Positions 1 to 12,727 are shown, counted from the first letter of the whole stretch. The stretch: DNA of 62,706 nucleotides, filler included, from Basidiobolus ranarum (GCA_040143965.1; 12 parts of 12 records of this genome joined end to end with filler, not necessarily neighbours in it), one strand, 5' to 3'. The notes: generated from the sequence alone by a model not told the origin. A program made the numbers and translations.

Positions 1-1
1 A

Positions 2-88
2 CTTCAAGTACAGCACTTCAAGCGTGCTGATGTCGAGTATGGACGTCGCATTGAAGCTGGTCTTAAGGCTGCCGCTTCCAAGGCTTAA
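2..88 (+). CDS. Catalase, C-terminal end (5' truncated by contig edge)
   Basis: Frame from nt 2 reads LQVQHFKRADVEYGRRIEAGLKAAASKA*. This matches the small-subunit heme catalase C-terminal motif (Q..HF.KAD.EYG.R.A.GL). Confidence 0.75.
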   Translation, partial: LQVQHFKRADVEYGRRIEAGLKAAASKA

Positions 89-2051
89 ATTTCGTTGTTT
101 AAATTCTTGATTAATCAGCGTATCAAGCCTACTTAACACTGTTAAATCCCACCTCTCATGCATATATTTTTCCCCAGCATACTGTAACAAGTTACGTCGG
201 AAATCGTGACATCACTCATAATATAACAATAATTTCATCTGAAATATCGGTTTTATTTTACAACAATTTTCGGAATATGCATTCCATTAGTTAATGAACT
301 TGATTGTACTACCTACTACCTACCATCCATGGAAGAAAATGGATCCATTCGATATGGTTTACGTAATTTTTATTAGCGTTGCATAGTATCGGGGGCAGTA
401 GTCATATGCAAGTAAGTCATTCTTCCAGAAGAATGTTTGTATCATTTGTCCTACATATTTGGCAGGCGTGATGGATGAGAGTGCGAATAATCAAGATCAT
501 GATTTATTGTGACAAATACTTGAGCTTCACTCATTGGTCGATTCTCTTGGAAGAATGAATTCAGAAAGAGAAAGATGCTAGAAGTTGCTGTATCAACACC
601 ATCTTTTGTCATATTTATGCTCATAGCTAGGCACTTCCTTCTCGCTTATGTAGTGTTCCCTAATCAGTTCAAAGTATTCATTTGTTAGAATATTCATGAC
701 TTTTCCATTTCTTGATATTTATTCAATGAAGAGAGTAAGATATTTATTTAATTCACCCAAGTAGTCTGAATTTCTTTATGAATGCCCCACTTCAGGGTCA
801 AATCTCAATTCCCTTAATTATAGCATCTTTTGAAAGGCTTTGGAGGTGATGAATAGTAATGATTGTAAAATACAATCCAAGGTCCACTGTAGGGTAGCAA
901 CCGCAACAGCCTATTGTTCCTTACTATACATGTAATTAGAGCATTATTAGGATATTTTTGGGAGAACATATATTGATGCGATACTCTAACTTTTAATATA
1001 GTTGGATTGAGCAAATGATTGGAAAAATACTCTCAAGCTGGCATCACTGTTCTATATGAGATTGCTACAGTAATTTGTCAATCTCACTGCCTCATAGGAA
1101 ATACTCCTAATGCATTCACTTTAAGATAATACTGAACATACTCAGCATACTGATTTATATAAGCTAAGTTTTGGTTAAATTTGCCACTTTTTTAGACGAC
1201 AAGTCATGGACACCTCTCCATTAGGACAGACATACACTAGGTTCTGTCTTCAAGAGAAGACACACCCTAAATCACTTGACATTTCATGTGCGAGTATATT
1301 CAAATATTTGAGCGAAATCAATCTGTTTACAATAGAAGATCGAATGACCATGAAAGAGATAAATTATTTTTGGATTTCACAAGATATTATGGCATCACTT
1401 CACACATCCAATCGATGTCCAATATGTCCATCTTAAGATTAATTAAATAAGAATGGGGGAGGGGGAAAATCACCCCTCACCTACCCCGAGTGATACTAAA
1501 GGGGATCTATGAAGAGTCACGGAGTACTGTATGACATGAACGAGGTTGAGTGGTGATAAACTTTGAAAATCATTACTCTGCTTGCTTCTGATCAAACTTT
1601 AGATGAGACTATGAATGGTGATCAGGAACATGGTGTAACACTCACGCTATTTGTTTGCCACATGTATGCATGATCAGGAAGGAGTGTTGGTGACACTCAA
1701 CACCGCATGACCATTGTATCTTCCAAGTGCTCCATTCAATTATCCACCCCTGGACTGTCCTCCGAAATCCCTCACTCAGTAGTGTGTTTCGCCGTGGGCG
1801 GGGGATTCGGTCCAAATGTTAACCTCGAATCAACTAACAGTAGCATACTATTGTGAGGTCTTTCTAACCAAGAGTAATCGTAGGAAATGTTTCATTTATT
1901 CTATACAAGGGAATGCGATTAGGGTGAAATGTAGAACAAAAATCACCTGAAATGAATCAAGAAAGAAGAATTGGAAAATCAGTTTACAACGAAGGAAGGG
2001 GTATTCTATCCAAAAATGGTTGGCGTAAATGTCTGACATGATGGGATTTCG

Positions 2052-3876
2052 CTATTTCGTTGGAATCGATCCCCTCCATTGTTCCCCTCTGCGTAGAACA
2101 AGTATCGGTAATATGACGCTGACTGCGGTGATAATTCCCCAGATGGTCATCATCCACCCATCTCCTAGACTGGCTCTCATCGTAGTGGCAAATAGAGGGG
2201 TGATGGTAGCCAGTAGACTACGCACAAAGTTCGCGCAGCTCGTGATCGACGCCGAATACTCTGAGAATGCATCCACCAAATAGGTATTACTGGTAGCAAT
2301 GATGATGTTCATCCCAAAACCAACTAAAATTCCAGAAGAAAGTCAGATTTAGATCAGTTAAGAGTTGAATCGCTGCTTTAAAATCAACTTACAGAGAAAA
2401 TGGCCAATAAGTGGCAGTATGTAATGGGTTTCAAAATGAAGCAACCATCCATAGACAAGACATCCCACTGGAACTAGAAACGAACCGATCCAGAGCGAGT
2501 GCAGCCTCATCTCTGGCTTGTGAAAACCACCGTTGGCCTTCATCTGCTTACGTAGGGTGTAATCTGTATACACTCCGCCGAATACCGTGCCTAGGATACT
2601 GCCCGCACCCTCGGCGCCATAACAGAAGCCTATTTGGGATGAAGTGAGACTGTATCTCTCAGCATAGGTTTCCGACAGTAAGGTTAGCAATAAAAACAGC
2701 ACTCCAAATATGATTCCAGGATATACGGTGATAAGGAGGACTGCCGGGTAGCGCAAGAAATACAAAGGCTTGAATGGGTTTGGGAAGCTCTGCTTGGGGT
2801 TCTTGACCGGGATATTGTTCAGTTTGGGTGGATATGTCTCCGGTAAGAGAAAGAAACTCACAATGAGAATCAGTCCACTGAGGATACTCAGAAACCAGAA
2901 TATCCATTTCCAACCCAAATACTGGTTAATCGCACCTCCTATCATGGAACCAGTGATTGGCCCAACCAAGGGACCAATGTAGAAAAGACCTGAATAGCAA
3001 AGCATGAATATTCTCTGGCGCACCTTTGATAGCTATGTAAAAGTTCCTTACCCATGGCTGTGCCTCGCTCTTGTATGTCAAATAAATCCGAGATGGAACC
3101 AGCGCCGACTGCCATGGCTGCAGAACTGCCAGAACTCTGAAGGATTCGCATCACGATGAACATGGCGATGTTGCTGGAAAGGGCGCAAAGTATGGATGCG
3201 ATGAGAAAAAGAACTGTGGATAGTATGTACACAATTCGGCGACCGTGACGCTCTGAAATGGGAGCCCAAAACAATGGCTAATGGCAATATGTTAGTTACC
3301 GCTATCTAATGCTATCAAACATAGTGTGCAGGTCAATCATTACCCCAAGTCCACTGAAAAGAACGTAGCAAGCGACGGTGGCGTTGATGGCATTGGCATC
3401 AGTGTCTAGTGCTGTACGCACATCCATCAATGCTGGCAACTACAGATCAACAGAGTTGTTCAGATTAATTCACTCTGGCATCGGGAAATTCTTACCACAT
3501 ACATACATATATTGAACTCGCCAATGGGCCTAGAAATCCAACCAGCGCGATCATAAGTAGAACCGACATTTTTTTGGATCTCTCCCAGGCCTACTTGGAG
3601 GAAAAGAAAGATTTAAAACGGTGTTCTTATAAGCTAGTCGTGTGACAGATCTTGAAGGTGTGGGAGCTTGAAGTACATACCATGGGATCAATATGAGTGG
3701 ATTTTTCGCATTCTGGCACGTTGATGGTAGTCAGGTTGGGATTATCTTTAGCCTACAGGGGAGTAATCCAATGAGTGGCAGGCTTCATGTAGTGGGCGAG
3801 GCAGTCTCTCTGGAAAAAGACTTACTTTATCATCCTCTGGAGAACTCTGGGGGGATACAAACTCCGGAGAGGACAT
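2052..3876 (-). CDS. MFS transporter, DHA1/multidrug type, about 7 exons
   Basis: ATG at 3876 and short GT-AG introns. Spliced peptides include DPMAWERSKK, WAPISERHGRRIVY (motif A), MRILQ..GSSAAMAVGAGSISDLF..QERGTAMG, GPLVGP..GG.I.QYLGWKWIFW, KPEMRL and TYLVDAF. Confidence 0.9.
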
Positions 3877-5146
3877 TTTTAGTGGCAGAAATCAGGAAAC
3901 CTATCGCAATGACTTCAATTTATACCACTTTTCATCAGCTTTCTCTGATCGCAATCAAGTGGCCAAGATCAGTCCAGTCCAGTGATTTCACCAATGCATC
4001 CCTCATTGGCTGACAGGGTTAGACTTTGGTGGTTCAAACCTTGTGGAACATGGTGGAACTAGTACTGCCTTCTGGAATTACCTTGTTTGGAAGCAAGTTG
4101 TTTTAGCTATCCCTTTAAGTAAATTACCAATTTCCTTTCATCCAAATGAAATGTCAAAACTCCCATTCGTCGACTCTAAATTAAGCTTGCTGCATTAATG
4201 GTGGCAATCTTTGGGGAGTCAGGTGGCACGGGCATATGAAAACGACTATGACTACTGGCAGCGTTGATGGATGTTCAGAGCCAAGTTCTCCCACAGATCT
4301 TCAGTACTTGAATATCACCAAGACTAATCGGTGGGCAAAGATCGATCAGACAAATAAGGCGACATTACGCTGGTAGTTTATCTGGGGGAGAGGAGAAGAA
4401 AAGGGTTAGGGTTCTACCGGACTGATTGGATCTAGGCCCAGTTGAGGTTGGGGAAGGATTGCAATAGCTGCTAACAACAGTCAAACCAGTGTTGTACAAC
4501 AGCTTCTGATCATTAGGAAGCTGGCCCTTGAAAGAACTCTGGGCGAGGTCTTTTTGCAGGATGGCGGTACTCTACACAGGTGAAAGTTACTGACTAGCGA
4601 TGGATCCGATATAGCTGCTAGGATCTCATCTCCTTACAATCCTGCGCTTCCATTAGTAACGACTCTTCAGTGTCTCATTCGCATTAAGGGTTGTGAGTGA
4701 CTGCATTGACAGAATAGAGATCTACATGGCTGAAGTGATGGGATAAATTAATTTTCTATTGCGCTACGAGACAGTTTCATATGAATTGGTTGTGTCTGTA
4801 TTTCGATCCCCATCGTGATTCCTACAATCTCAAGAATCGCAATGCTAGCACCAGTCTCGATTCAATAGCTTGCAGTGAGAGTGCATGGCTTTCCTTTACG
4901 TAGCTCCTTCGCTGTATCTCCACTTATATCAAGCAGTTCAGCTGCACTCCCCTGGATTCTGGTTCTTCAACCTGCTCAATGGATATTGCACTAAGCAATT
5001 GTTGCTGATTTGAGATTCCTGCCTTATCCAATACCTACGCATCTTACGGCTACACCTATACTCCGGGGGGGGGGGGTTGTGGTTTTTTGATATTGGGCTG
5101 GGGGGGGCGGCCCCGGGGCGGAATGTGGGAAGTTAATATATATGGG

Positions 5147-5246
5147 NNNNNNNNNNNNNNNNNNNNNNNNNNNNNNNNNNNNNNNNNNNNTTAATTAATT
5201 AANNNNNNNNNNNNNNNNNNNNNNNNNNNNNNNNNNNNNNNNNNNN
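5147..5246. other. Artificial contig linker N44-TTAATTAATTAA-N44 (stops in all six frames); identical linkers at 10392-10491, 15635-15734, 20876-20975, 26115-26214, 31351-31450, 36586-36685, 41820-41919, 47046-47145, 52269-52368, 57489-57588
   Basis: The same 100-bp unit recurs 11 times, and the intervening segment lengths decrease monotonically. Confidence 0.98.
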
Positions 5247-6200
5247 TGGGTGCTTGCTTGGGTCCATGTTGCAATATTTGCAGTTTACAAACAATATTGA
5301 GGGGTTTTGGGTCAACAAATTCATCTGGTTGCTGCATATGGATTTCTTCTTCTAGAATTTCATTCCAAAAGACTGTTTTTACATCCATTTAATGTAAATC
5401 AAGGTTATGGATGGCTGCAAAAAAATTACAGATAGCTTCATAAGCACAAACATCATCATTGAAAGTGTTCCACCAATTGCCTGGCTTATTCCTCCTACTG
5501 GATGATCCTGTAGGTCCTGAAGCATCCTCTGATGTATCTGAGGCTGGAAGTTTGGTTGAATTGAGCTCAGATATAGCCGGAATCTTGTCACACATCCTGA
5601 ATAGTGCTGATTGTATTTTCTGGATCAATAACTATGATTTGAGGTGAAAGATATGCTTTTTCATCCAAAATCACATCTGTGCCCTTAATTAACTTGCAAT
5701 TTTTGGTATCAAACAGTCTGTAGGCCTAAGATCTATCATAGTTACCAACAAATAGACATGTTATGCTTTTGGGTTCCAATTTAGAGCATTTTTGCACTTG
5801 AATTAGGCAATATACTGTGCAACCAGAGATCCTTAAATAATCCACACTTGGTTTCAAACCATATAGAGCTTTAAATGGAGTACAAACTTGTAGCTAAATT
5901 GTTTGGCATCTACTTCTAAATAGACAGCAGTGTAGACAGATTCAGCCCAATATTAGTAATCCAACATTTGATAATGTAACATTGCTCTTGCCATCTCCAC
6001 TTTGGTCCTATTATGATGTTATGCTACTCCCTTTCAATGTGGAGTAAAAAGTAGAATAGTTTATTGCCGAATTCCATGTTTAGAACAAAAACTAACAAAG
6101 TCTTTAGAGCTGTATCTCCATCCGTATCACTTCTTATTACACTAGTTCTTGTGCTGATTCTTTCTCTACCATGGCTTTGTATTGCTTGAACATAGCAGTA
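5247..6200 (-). mobile_element. Degenerate Ty1/copia fragment (integrase C-terminus to RT start), family B
   Basis: MDVKTVFWNEILEEEIHMQQPDEFVDP...HGPKQAP (RT), FKQYKAMVEKES and VEMARAMLH (integrase). Homologous to 43650-44830, with stops and deletions. Confidence 0.9.
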
Positions 6201-6204
6201 CCTG

Positions 6205-6565
6205 AACAAACAAGGTCAACATATGGTAGCATGTTCTCAAAGTTGTCTGTGCTTACTGGTTCAACCAAAGCTGCATTTCTATCTATATCATTCTGGTCAT
6301 GTAAATGTGGTAACTCCACAGTATCTTGACTTTTGGAAGTGTTACCAGAACTTTCAGGCAAAGTACACTCAGTGGACTCAGTGGGCAAAACTAAAGTTGA
6401 TTTTGTGCACTTATTACTGTTGATATTCACCAGGCTTTGTGCAGCTGGTGACTTTGTACAGCAACCATGCTTGTGATTATTTTTTCTATGAAGCCTTGGG
6501 CTTTCACAGCACAAAGAATTGTGACAATAATAGAAGTGCTCCTTTAAATGGTTGTGTTGCTGCAT
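6205..6565 (-). mobile_element. N-terminal part of CACTA/CMC transposase gene, cut by the copia fragment
   Basis: Aligns by eye with about 18900-19220, which runs directly into the Transposase_21 core at 17630-18320. Cys/His-rich start (YYCHNSLCC). Confidence 0.7.
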
Positions 6566-6776
6566 GAGAACAATATTGTAGAAAAATAAACATCTCCTAC
6601 ATAAGGGTGGTACTTTAGGTAAAGCCCATCAATATCATCAGCTGATTCTGAGATGGTGTCACTGATGATTCATCAGGGGACTTACAAGATATTTCCGGTA
6701 ATGGAAGGCAATTTTGGTTTTTTATAAGCTGTTTCTAAGCAATTTCATTACACCATGTTTACCATCCAAACTTGCA

Positions 6777-8528
6777 ATGCCATTAAAAAAGCATTCAAAA
6801 TCCAGGTCAAAATTAGCTTCCAAGCCAAAGCCTACTGGCATGAAAGGAAAAACACCAGCAAGAAGAGAGGACTTAATTGAGGAGCAGTCTAGTAATCAAC
6901 TATCCACTTTGGAAGGCATTAACATACCCAAAACTAACTCAAGTAATAATGAAGTATTAATCAATTTACCAGCTGTGTTCCTTTCCAGCAATAGTGCAAG
7001 TGAAGAGATTGTCATCCCTGAATTATGCAGTAAATCAATAGTTGAGCAAAGTTCAACCAAAACACTGTCAAGACCATCAACTTCCAAAATGGCTACTTTG
7101 CCCACTATTGAACAACCCTCTGCAGAAAATTTGGATAGAATTATTACAACAAGGGAAGAGCAGAAAGAACACCATAATGATTTGTATGCAATCATATGCA
7201 AAAGCTACAAAGTTGCTATACAGGCCATGACAACCAATAATGCTGCAATATTGCAATGAATGCAGTGTTTGGAAGCAACTAGTCGGCAGTTAGAGAGTCA
7301 CGCAGCAATGATACAAGATCTTCAGAATGCTGTACTTGAGCTACAGCAACATGCTGCTCCCTCTGTCCATTATTTTATGGGATTTCAATCAATCCTACAC
7401 CATTCATATGAATGTCACTGTGACAATTTAGCAGAGCAGAATATGTGTTGAACCATTAAGCCTACACAACAGCCTGAAATTGCTTGGTCACATAAAAGTC
7501 AAAATCTAATAGGAAAACTGGCAAACCAAAGTACTCTGAATATCAGAGCTGGCATCACTTGCTCTGATGATGAGTGGTTTAACACTTTGGAAACTGTGCA
7601 GAATCTTGCCCAAAATACCTGGATTTGAGCCAATTGTGGAAAAACCAAAACCAGGCATTACTCTGAAGGTTCTTGACTTATTACATGTTGCTTATCCTGG
7701 GTTTTTGCAAGCAAATGGCAATTGGCCTAGTATAGGCCTATTTGTGACACATCTCAAAACTGTACGTGATTATCAACTGCCAAAAGAAAGAAAAGCAGCT
7801 AAAGAAGTACTTAAGGAGCAGGAAGTTAGTAAACCCAAGGGAAAAGCAAAGGAGCCAGTGAGTTTTAGCTCTACTGTCTCAATTACCAAATTCTTCACAC
7901 CATTATAAAGATCTGCATTTCCAGAGTCAGATATACTGGCAGAAAAGCTTAATTTCACTATGATCCAGGTAAACCAGTTGGAAGAGTGCTAAATATGGAA
8001 GTTTATCCAATACCTGGCATCTCACAACAAGCCAAAGCACCAGCAAATAAAACTCATGGCTCTCAAACCTCAACTGGTATTTTCCAAAGTGTTGAAATTA
8101 GCCCCAAACTTAAGGGCAAGTAAAAAGCCACACACACTGCAAAGCACCCTCAGTAGTGTTATATTACAAGGACATACAAAAATAGTCAAAGTGCTTGACA
8201 AGTATTTTCAAAGTATGAAGAGAATAATGCTGTGCGAATATGCAGAAATAGGCCTCAGAAGAAGAACATTCAGATTGGCATTCAGTCTGGTGTTGACCAT
8301 GCAGATATCTGGGAAGAACTTAACACAGAGTGGCGCAATATTGCAGGGTATCCGCCAGATTGCTGTAAGAATGCTGATTCACCATTGTTAATAAAGTGGT
8401 GGGCTTTGATGGAGATATTGATACAAACTTGTGTTGGATATGAGCTAAACCTTGGGTATGAAGAACTTGGTAAAAATATTCAAGAGAATATACTAAAGAA
8501 ACTGGGAATTTTGAAGGTGACTAATTAG
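6777..8528 (+). pseudogene. Second ORF of the CMC element (copy 1), interrupted by stops and frameshifts
   Basis: The ORF pieces 6714-7259, 7260-7451, 7567-7908 and 8232-8528 are collinear. Homologous copies lie at 8775-10291 and 19235-20875. Confidence 0.7.
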
Positions 8529-8774
8529 TGTACAAGTGATAAATGTGTAAAATTTGAGTTACATTTTTTGCACATGTGTTGTTCCATAGTTTGCTGAGAT
8601 TGCAACCAATCATGTGCAACCATTTTGCACAATCTTGCAATTTCACTCCTGAAACTGAAAAAATTGATTAAAATCAAATCTAATTTGACAATTTTATGAC
8701 ATTAAGTAAATGGTCAATCCCAAATGGATTAAAATTGTGATGGTTTTCCTTCAATAACAATCCTCAAATTTCTG

Positions 8775-10391
8775 TCAAAGAGTCTAGCAATCCATTATCC
8801 ACTTTGGAAGGCATTAACATGCCGGAAACTAACTCAAGTAATAATGAAGCATTAATCAATTTATCAGCTGTGTTCCTTTCCAGCAATAGTGCAAGTGAAG
8901 AGATTGTAATCCCACCATGAACAGCAACAACACCACACCGTAATGATTTGTATGCAATCATATGCAAAAACTACAAAGTGGCTATACAGGCCATGATAAC
9001 CAATAATGCTGCAATATTGCAATTAATGCAGCATTTGGAAGCAACTACTCAACAGTTAGTGAGTTACTCAACAATGATGCAAGACCTTCAGAATGCTGTA
9101 CTTGAGCTACAACAACATGCTGTTCCCTCTATCCATTGTCATACAGGATTTCAGCCAATCCCACAGCATATACATGAATGTCACCATGACAATATAGCAG
9201 AGAATAATGTGCATTGGACCATGAAGCCTACAAAACAACCCAAAATTGCTTGGGCTAATGAAGGTAAATCTCATAGGAAAACCAGCAGACCAAAAGGCTC
9301 TGAATGTCAGAGCCACCATCACTTGCTCTGATGATGAGTGGTGTAATGTTTTGGAAACTGTGCGGAATCTGGCCCAAAATCACCTAGATTTAAGCCAATT
9401 GAGGAAAACCAAAACCAGGTGTTACTCTGAAGGTTATTGAATTAATGCATGTGGCTTATCCTAGGTTTTTGCAAGCAAATGGCAATTGGGCTACTTTAGG
9501 CCTATTCATGAAACATCTCAAAAATGTACCCAAGTACTGACTTCAAAAAGAAAGAAAAGCAGCAAAGAAGTACTCAGGGAGCAGGAAGGTAGAAAACCCA
9601 AGGGAAACGCAAAGGAGCCAGTAAGTTTAGGCCTTTCTGTCCCACTTACCAAATTATTCACACCATTACAAAGGTCTGCATTTCCAGAGTCAGATAGACT
9701 GGTACAAAAGCTTAATTTAACCATGGAACCAGGTCACCAGTTGGAAGAGTGCTAAATTTGGAAGTTTATCCAACAACTTGCACCTCTCAACAAGCTAAAA
9801 CACCAGCAACAAAAACTCATGGCTCTCCAACCTCATCTGGTACTTCTCAAAGTGTTGAAATTAGCCCCAAACTTAAGGGCAAGCAAAAAGCCACACACAC
9901 TGCAAAGCACCCTCAGTAGTGTTATACTACAAGGACATACAAAAATAGTCAAAGTGCTTGACAAGTATTTTCAAAAGTATGAAGAGAATAATGCAGTGCA
10001 AGTATGCAGAAAGTGGCCTCAGAAGTAGAACATTTGACTTGGCATTCAGTCTGGTGTTGAGCATGCAGATATCTGGGAAGAACTTAACACAGAGTGGCGC
10101 AATATTGCAGGGTTTCCGCCAGATTGCTGTAAGAATGCTGATTCACCATTGTTAATAAAGTGGTGGGCTTTGATGGAGATATTGATACAAACTTGTATTG
10201 GATATGAGCTAAACCTTGGGTATGAAGAACTCTGTAAAAATATTCAAGAGAATATACTAAAGAAACTGGGAATTTTGAAGATGACTAATTAGTGTGCAAG
10301 TGATAAATGTGTAAAATTTGAGTTACATTTTTTGCACATGTGTTGTTCCATAGTTTGCTGAGATTGCAGCCAATCATGTGCAACCATTTTG
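8775..10391 (+). repeat. Tandem second copy of CMC ORF2 region plus downstream flank (internal ~150-bp deletion)
   Basis: Direct repeat of about 6880-8627. The 3' parts are nearly identical and the 5' parts more diverged. Confidence 0.9.
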
Positions 10392-10493
10392 NNNNNNNNN
10401 NNNNNNNNNNNNNNNNNNNNNNNNNNNNNNNNNNNTTAATTAATTAANNNNNNNNNNNNNNNNNNNNNNNNNNNNNNNNNNNNNNNNNNNNCA

Positions 10494-11436
10494 GGAACAA
10501 AGCTCAATATTACAGTGAATCTTAGCAAATACTACGATGAATTGATTGACAAGCAGCTTGCCTTAGGAAGTGATGCTTTAGAGCCAGACATGACGCACTT
10601 ACAAACCGTCCAAAACTTCCCACGTTGGAAATCTGAAGGAGCTTTACTGAAGTAACCTTAATCTTTAAAGAAGTCAGAATGTTGTATCATTAACTAACTG
10701 TTTCCCAATTAGATATAAGCCCGTCGGCTTCAACCATATTTACGGCCCATATAAAGACAGAGAAGGTTACTACTGGACTACCAATATTTACTTCTTCTCG
10801 AATCTAGTTAGTACCACTGTTCCTAAGTCTCAAAGGCCTATTGAAGCAGCGGATTATTTAAGACCTTAGCTAAAGGGTGGTAAAATCATATACACCTACC
10901 CTCATGATGACGACTCAGTCCTCTATCAATTCATGCAACTGATCAAGCAAAACGGCCTGGACTGGTTCAAGGGCTTCCTTGCCCAAAAGCCACTAGCAGT
11001 TCGTGGAACATACACGCCATCCTTCTACATTACTAATGGCACGTCTACAGCAACTTTCAATACTATGGGATCGCTAAATCCACAAGCAGGAGATGTGCTT
11101 GCAACCATTGTGCCTAAGAAAACATTCTTCCAGTCATGGACCCAAATGGGAGCCATTTTCAAGAAGGCCAAGCACCCAGCTGCTGCCAAGTTATATGCCA
11201 GCTGGTTGACATCCTATGATTTTCAAAAGAACTTTATGTCAATGTCATGGTCCCAGAGAACTGACGTGCCTCCCCCCATCGGAATGAAGGCTATTTGGAA
11301 CATCAAAAATACCGATCCTGCTGGTTTCCTCAAGTATATGGAAAATCGCACCAAAGTCGAAGAGGATAAGGCATTTATGGAGAAGTTCATCGGACCAGTG
11401 ATGGGAGCTTCTCCATTGGACTTGGTTTACAGTTAG
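10494..11436 (+). pseudogene. Bacterial-type ABC solute-binding protein (Fe3+/polyamine/thiamine SBP-like) with intron 10652-10712 and in-frame TAG at 10867-10869; 5' truncated
   Basis: Spliced translation: GTKLNITVNLSKYYDELIDKQL...HLQTVQNFPRWKSEGALLK|YKPVGF...KDREGYY...ADYLRP*LKGGKIIYTYPHDDDSVLYQF...AIFKKAKHPAAAKLYASWLTS. The intron has GTAACC, a CTAAC branch point and TAG. Confidence 0.8.
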
Positions 11437-12727
11437 AGTTTAATGCAATAGTTGCGACATTACTGGAGAATAGGTTTAAAAAATATGCATATCAAATGTT
11501 GGCATTTTAACGATAAACAATATTTATTCATCACTGATGATCATTGATAATCAATTATCTGTTGCTAGTGAACACAAGTCACAAAAATTCTTATATGATT
11601 TAGCTATGAATAACATAAGCATAAATTCATTCGTCAGCATATTCATCTCGCAGAGTTGCCCTCAGAGATTGAAAACTAACTCGTATTAAGAATTCAAATA
11701 TGATAGACAAAAGTTTCTCCTAACCATAGTTTGCTTTGACTGTATTCTTTGCATCAAAGCGGAGGATCTAAGTACTTCATTATCAACAAGAACTTTTATG
11801 GTATGAATGCAGCTTGGACAATGTGGGCCAAGTGATTGATTATACCTACTCCGTTTGTTCAGCGTGGGAAGAGAATTTATGGTAATACCTTTGACTTCAG
11901 CTTACAGAGCTGTTCCAAAAAGAATCAGGTGCTGGCCAAACTGTGCTTTAACAATTGTTAGCAAAGATATGCTGCAAAATACAATCGATTTCTACCCTAA
12001 ATCCGAAATTGCTGTGAGGTTTGTATAAACAAAACTCGGAATACTGGTAAACCATTGAATTTCTTGGATTTAGACATTTTGTCATCAATTTTTCGAGGTG
12101 TGAGTGAAAAAAACAAGTGATGGAAATATGGTAGGATAACCAAAGAGTCTCAAAAAAGAACATTCAACATATATCGTCTGATATAGTTGCTCAGAAGAGT
12201 ATTTTATTCCCCTTCAGCAAGCCCATAGCAATCCTACTCTCAGCTTTGATATTTACATACCAATCATTCACTGACTTGATTAGTGCCTTCTGATCACCTA
12301 GTCTATCAGGCTTGGCATATTTATCGATGCATGGGTCGAGTTTTTCAGTAAGTCCTTAATGCTGCCACCATCTGATTTGACATTCTCAGAGCTATAAATA
12401 TATGACCATTGAGCAAATTTGTCTTGGTTGCGTACTTAAATGACCCCAAGATTACTGTCTTCCAGGTTGTCCAGGGCGCAAATATGAGCCAAAATGTCAT
12501 AACTATCCAAGTTATCTGGAAATAGTCCTTTTGGGTTTTGACTGCCATAAATGTATTCTTGCATCCATCCAGATTTCTTTAATATGCCTAGTTATCTAGC
12601 ATTCACAGTTCACCAAACTTAGCGGCCCAGTAAACTCGTGCTTTTCTCAATACTTGTAGTAGCCCAGATCTGTTAGGAGAAACTGACGAGTTTGTGAAGA
12701 TCTCTCGGAAATGAATATAGTGGTATT

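Noticed and set aside
1751-1814. Hammerhead ribozyme on the minus strand (GGCGAAAC...CTGAGTGA)
   Set aside because: The core order and the CUGANGA motif do not fit.
2029-4013. Plus-strand ORFs 2029-2283, 2411-2647, 2770-2982 and 3693-4013
   Set aside because: They are antisense shadows of the MFS gene.
5060-5146. G-rich tract as G-quadruplex or telomere
   Set aside because: It is a low-complexity contig end, probably a poly-G sequencing artefact.
6137-6565. 142-aa ORF as a transposase-integrase fusion protein
   Set aside because: It is a chance in-frame junction between two decayed elements and ends within about 20 codons of the join.
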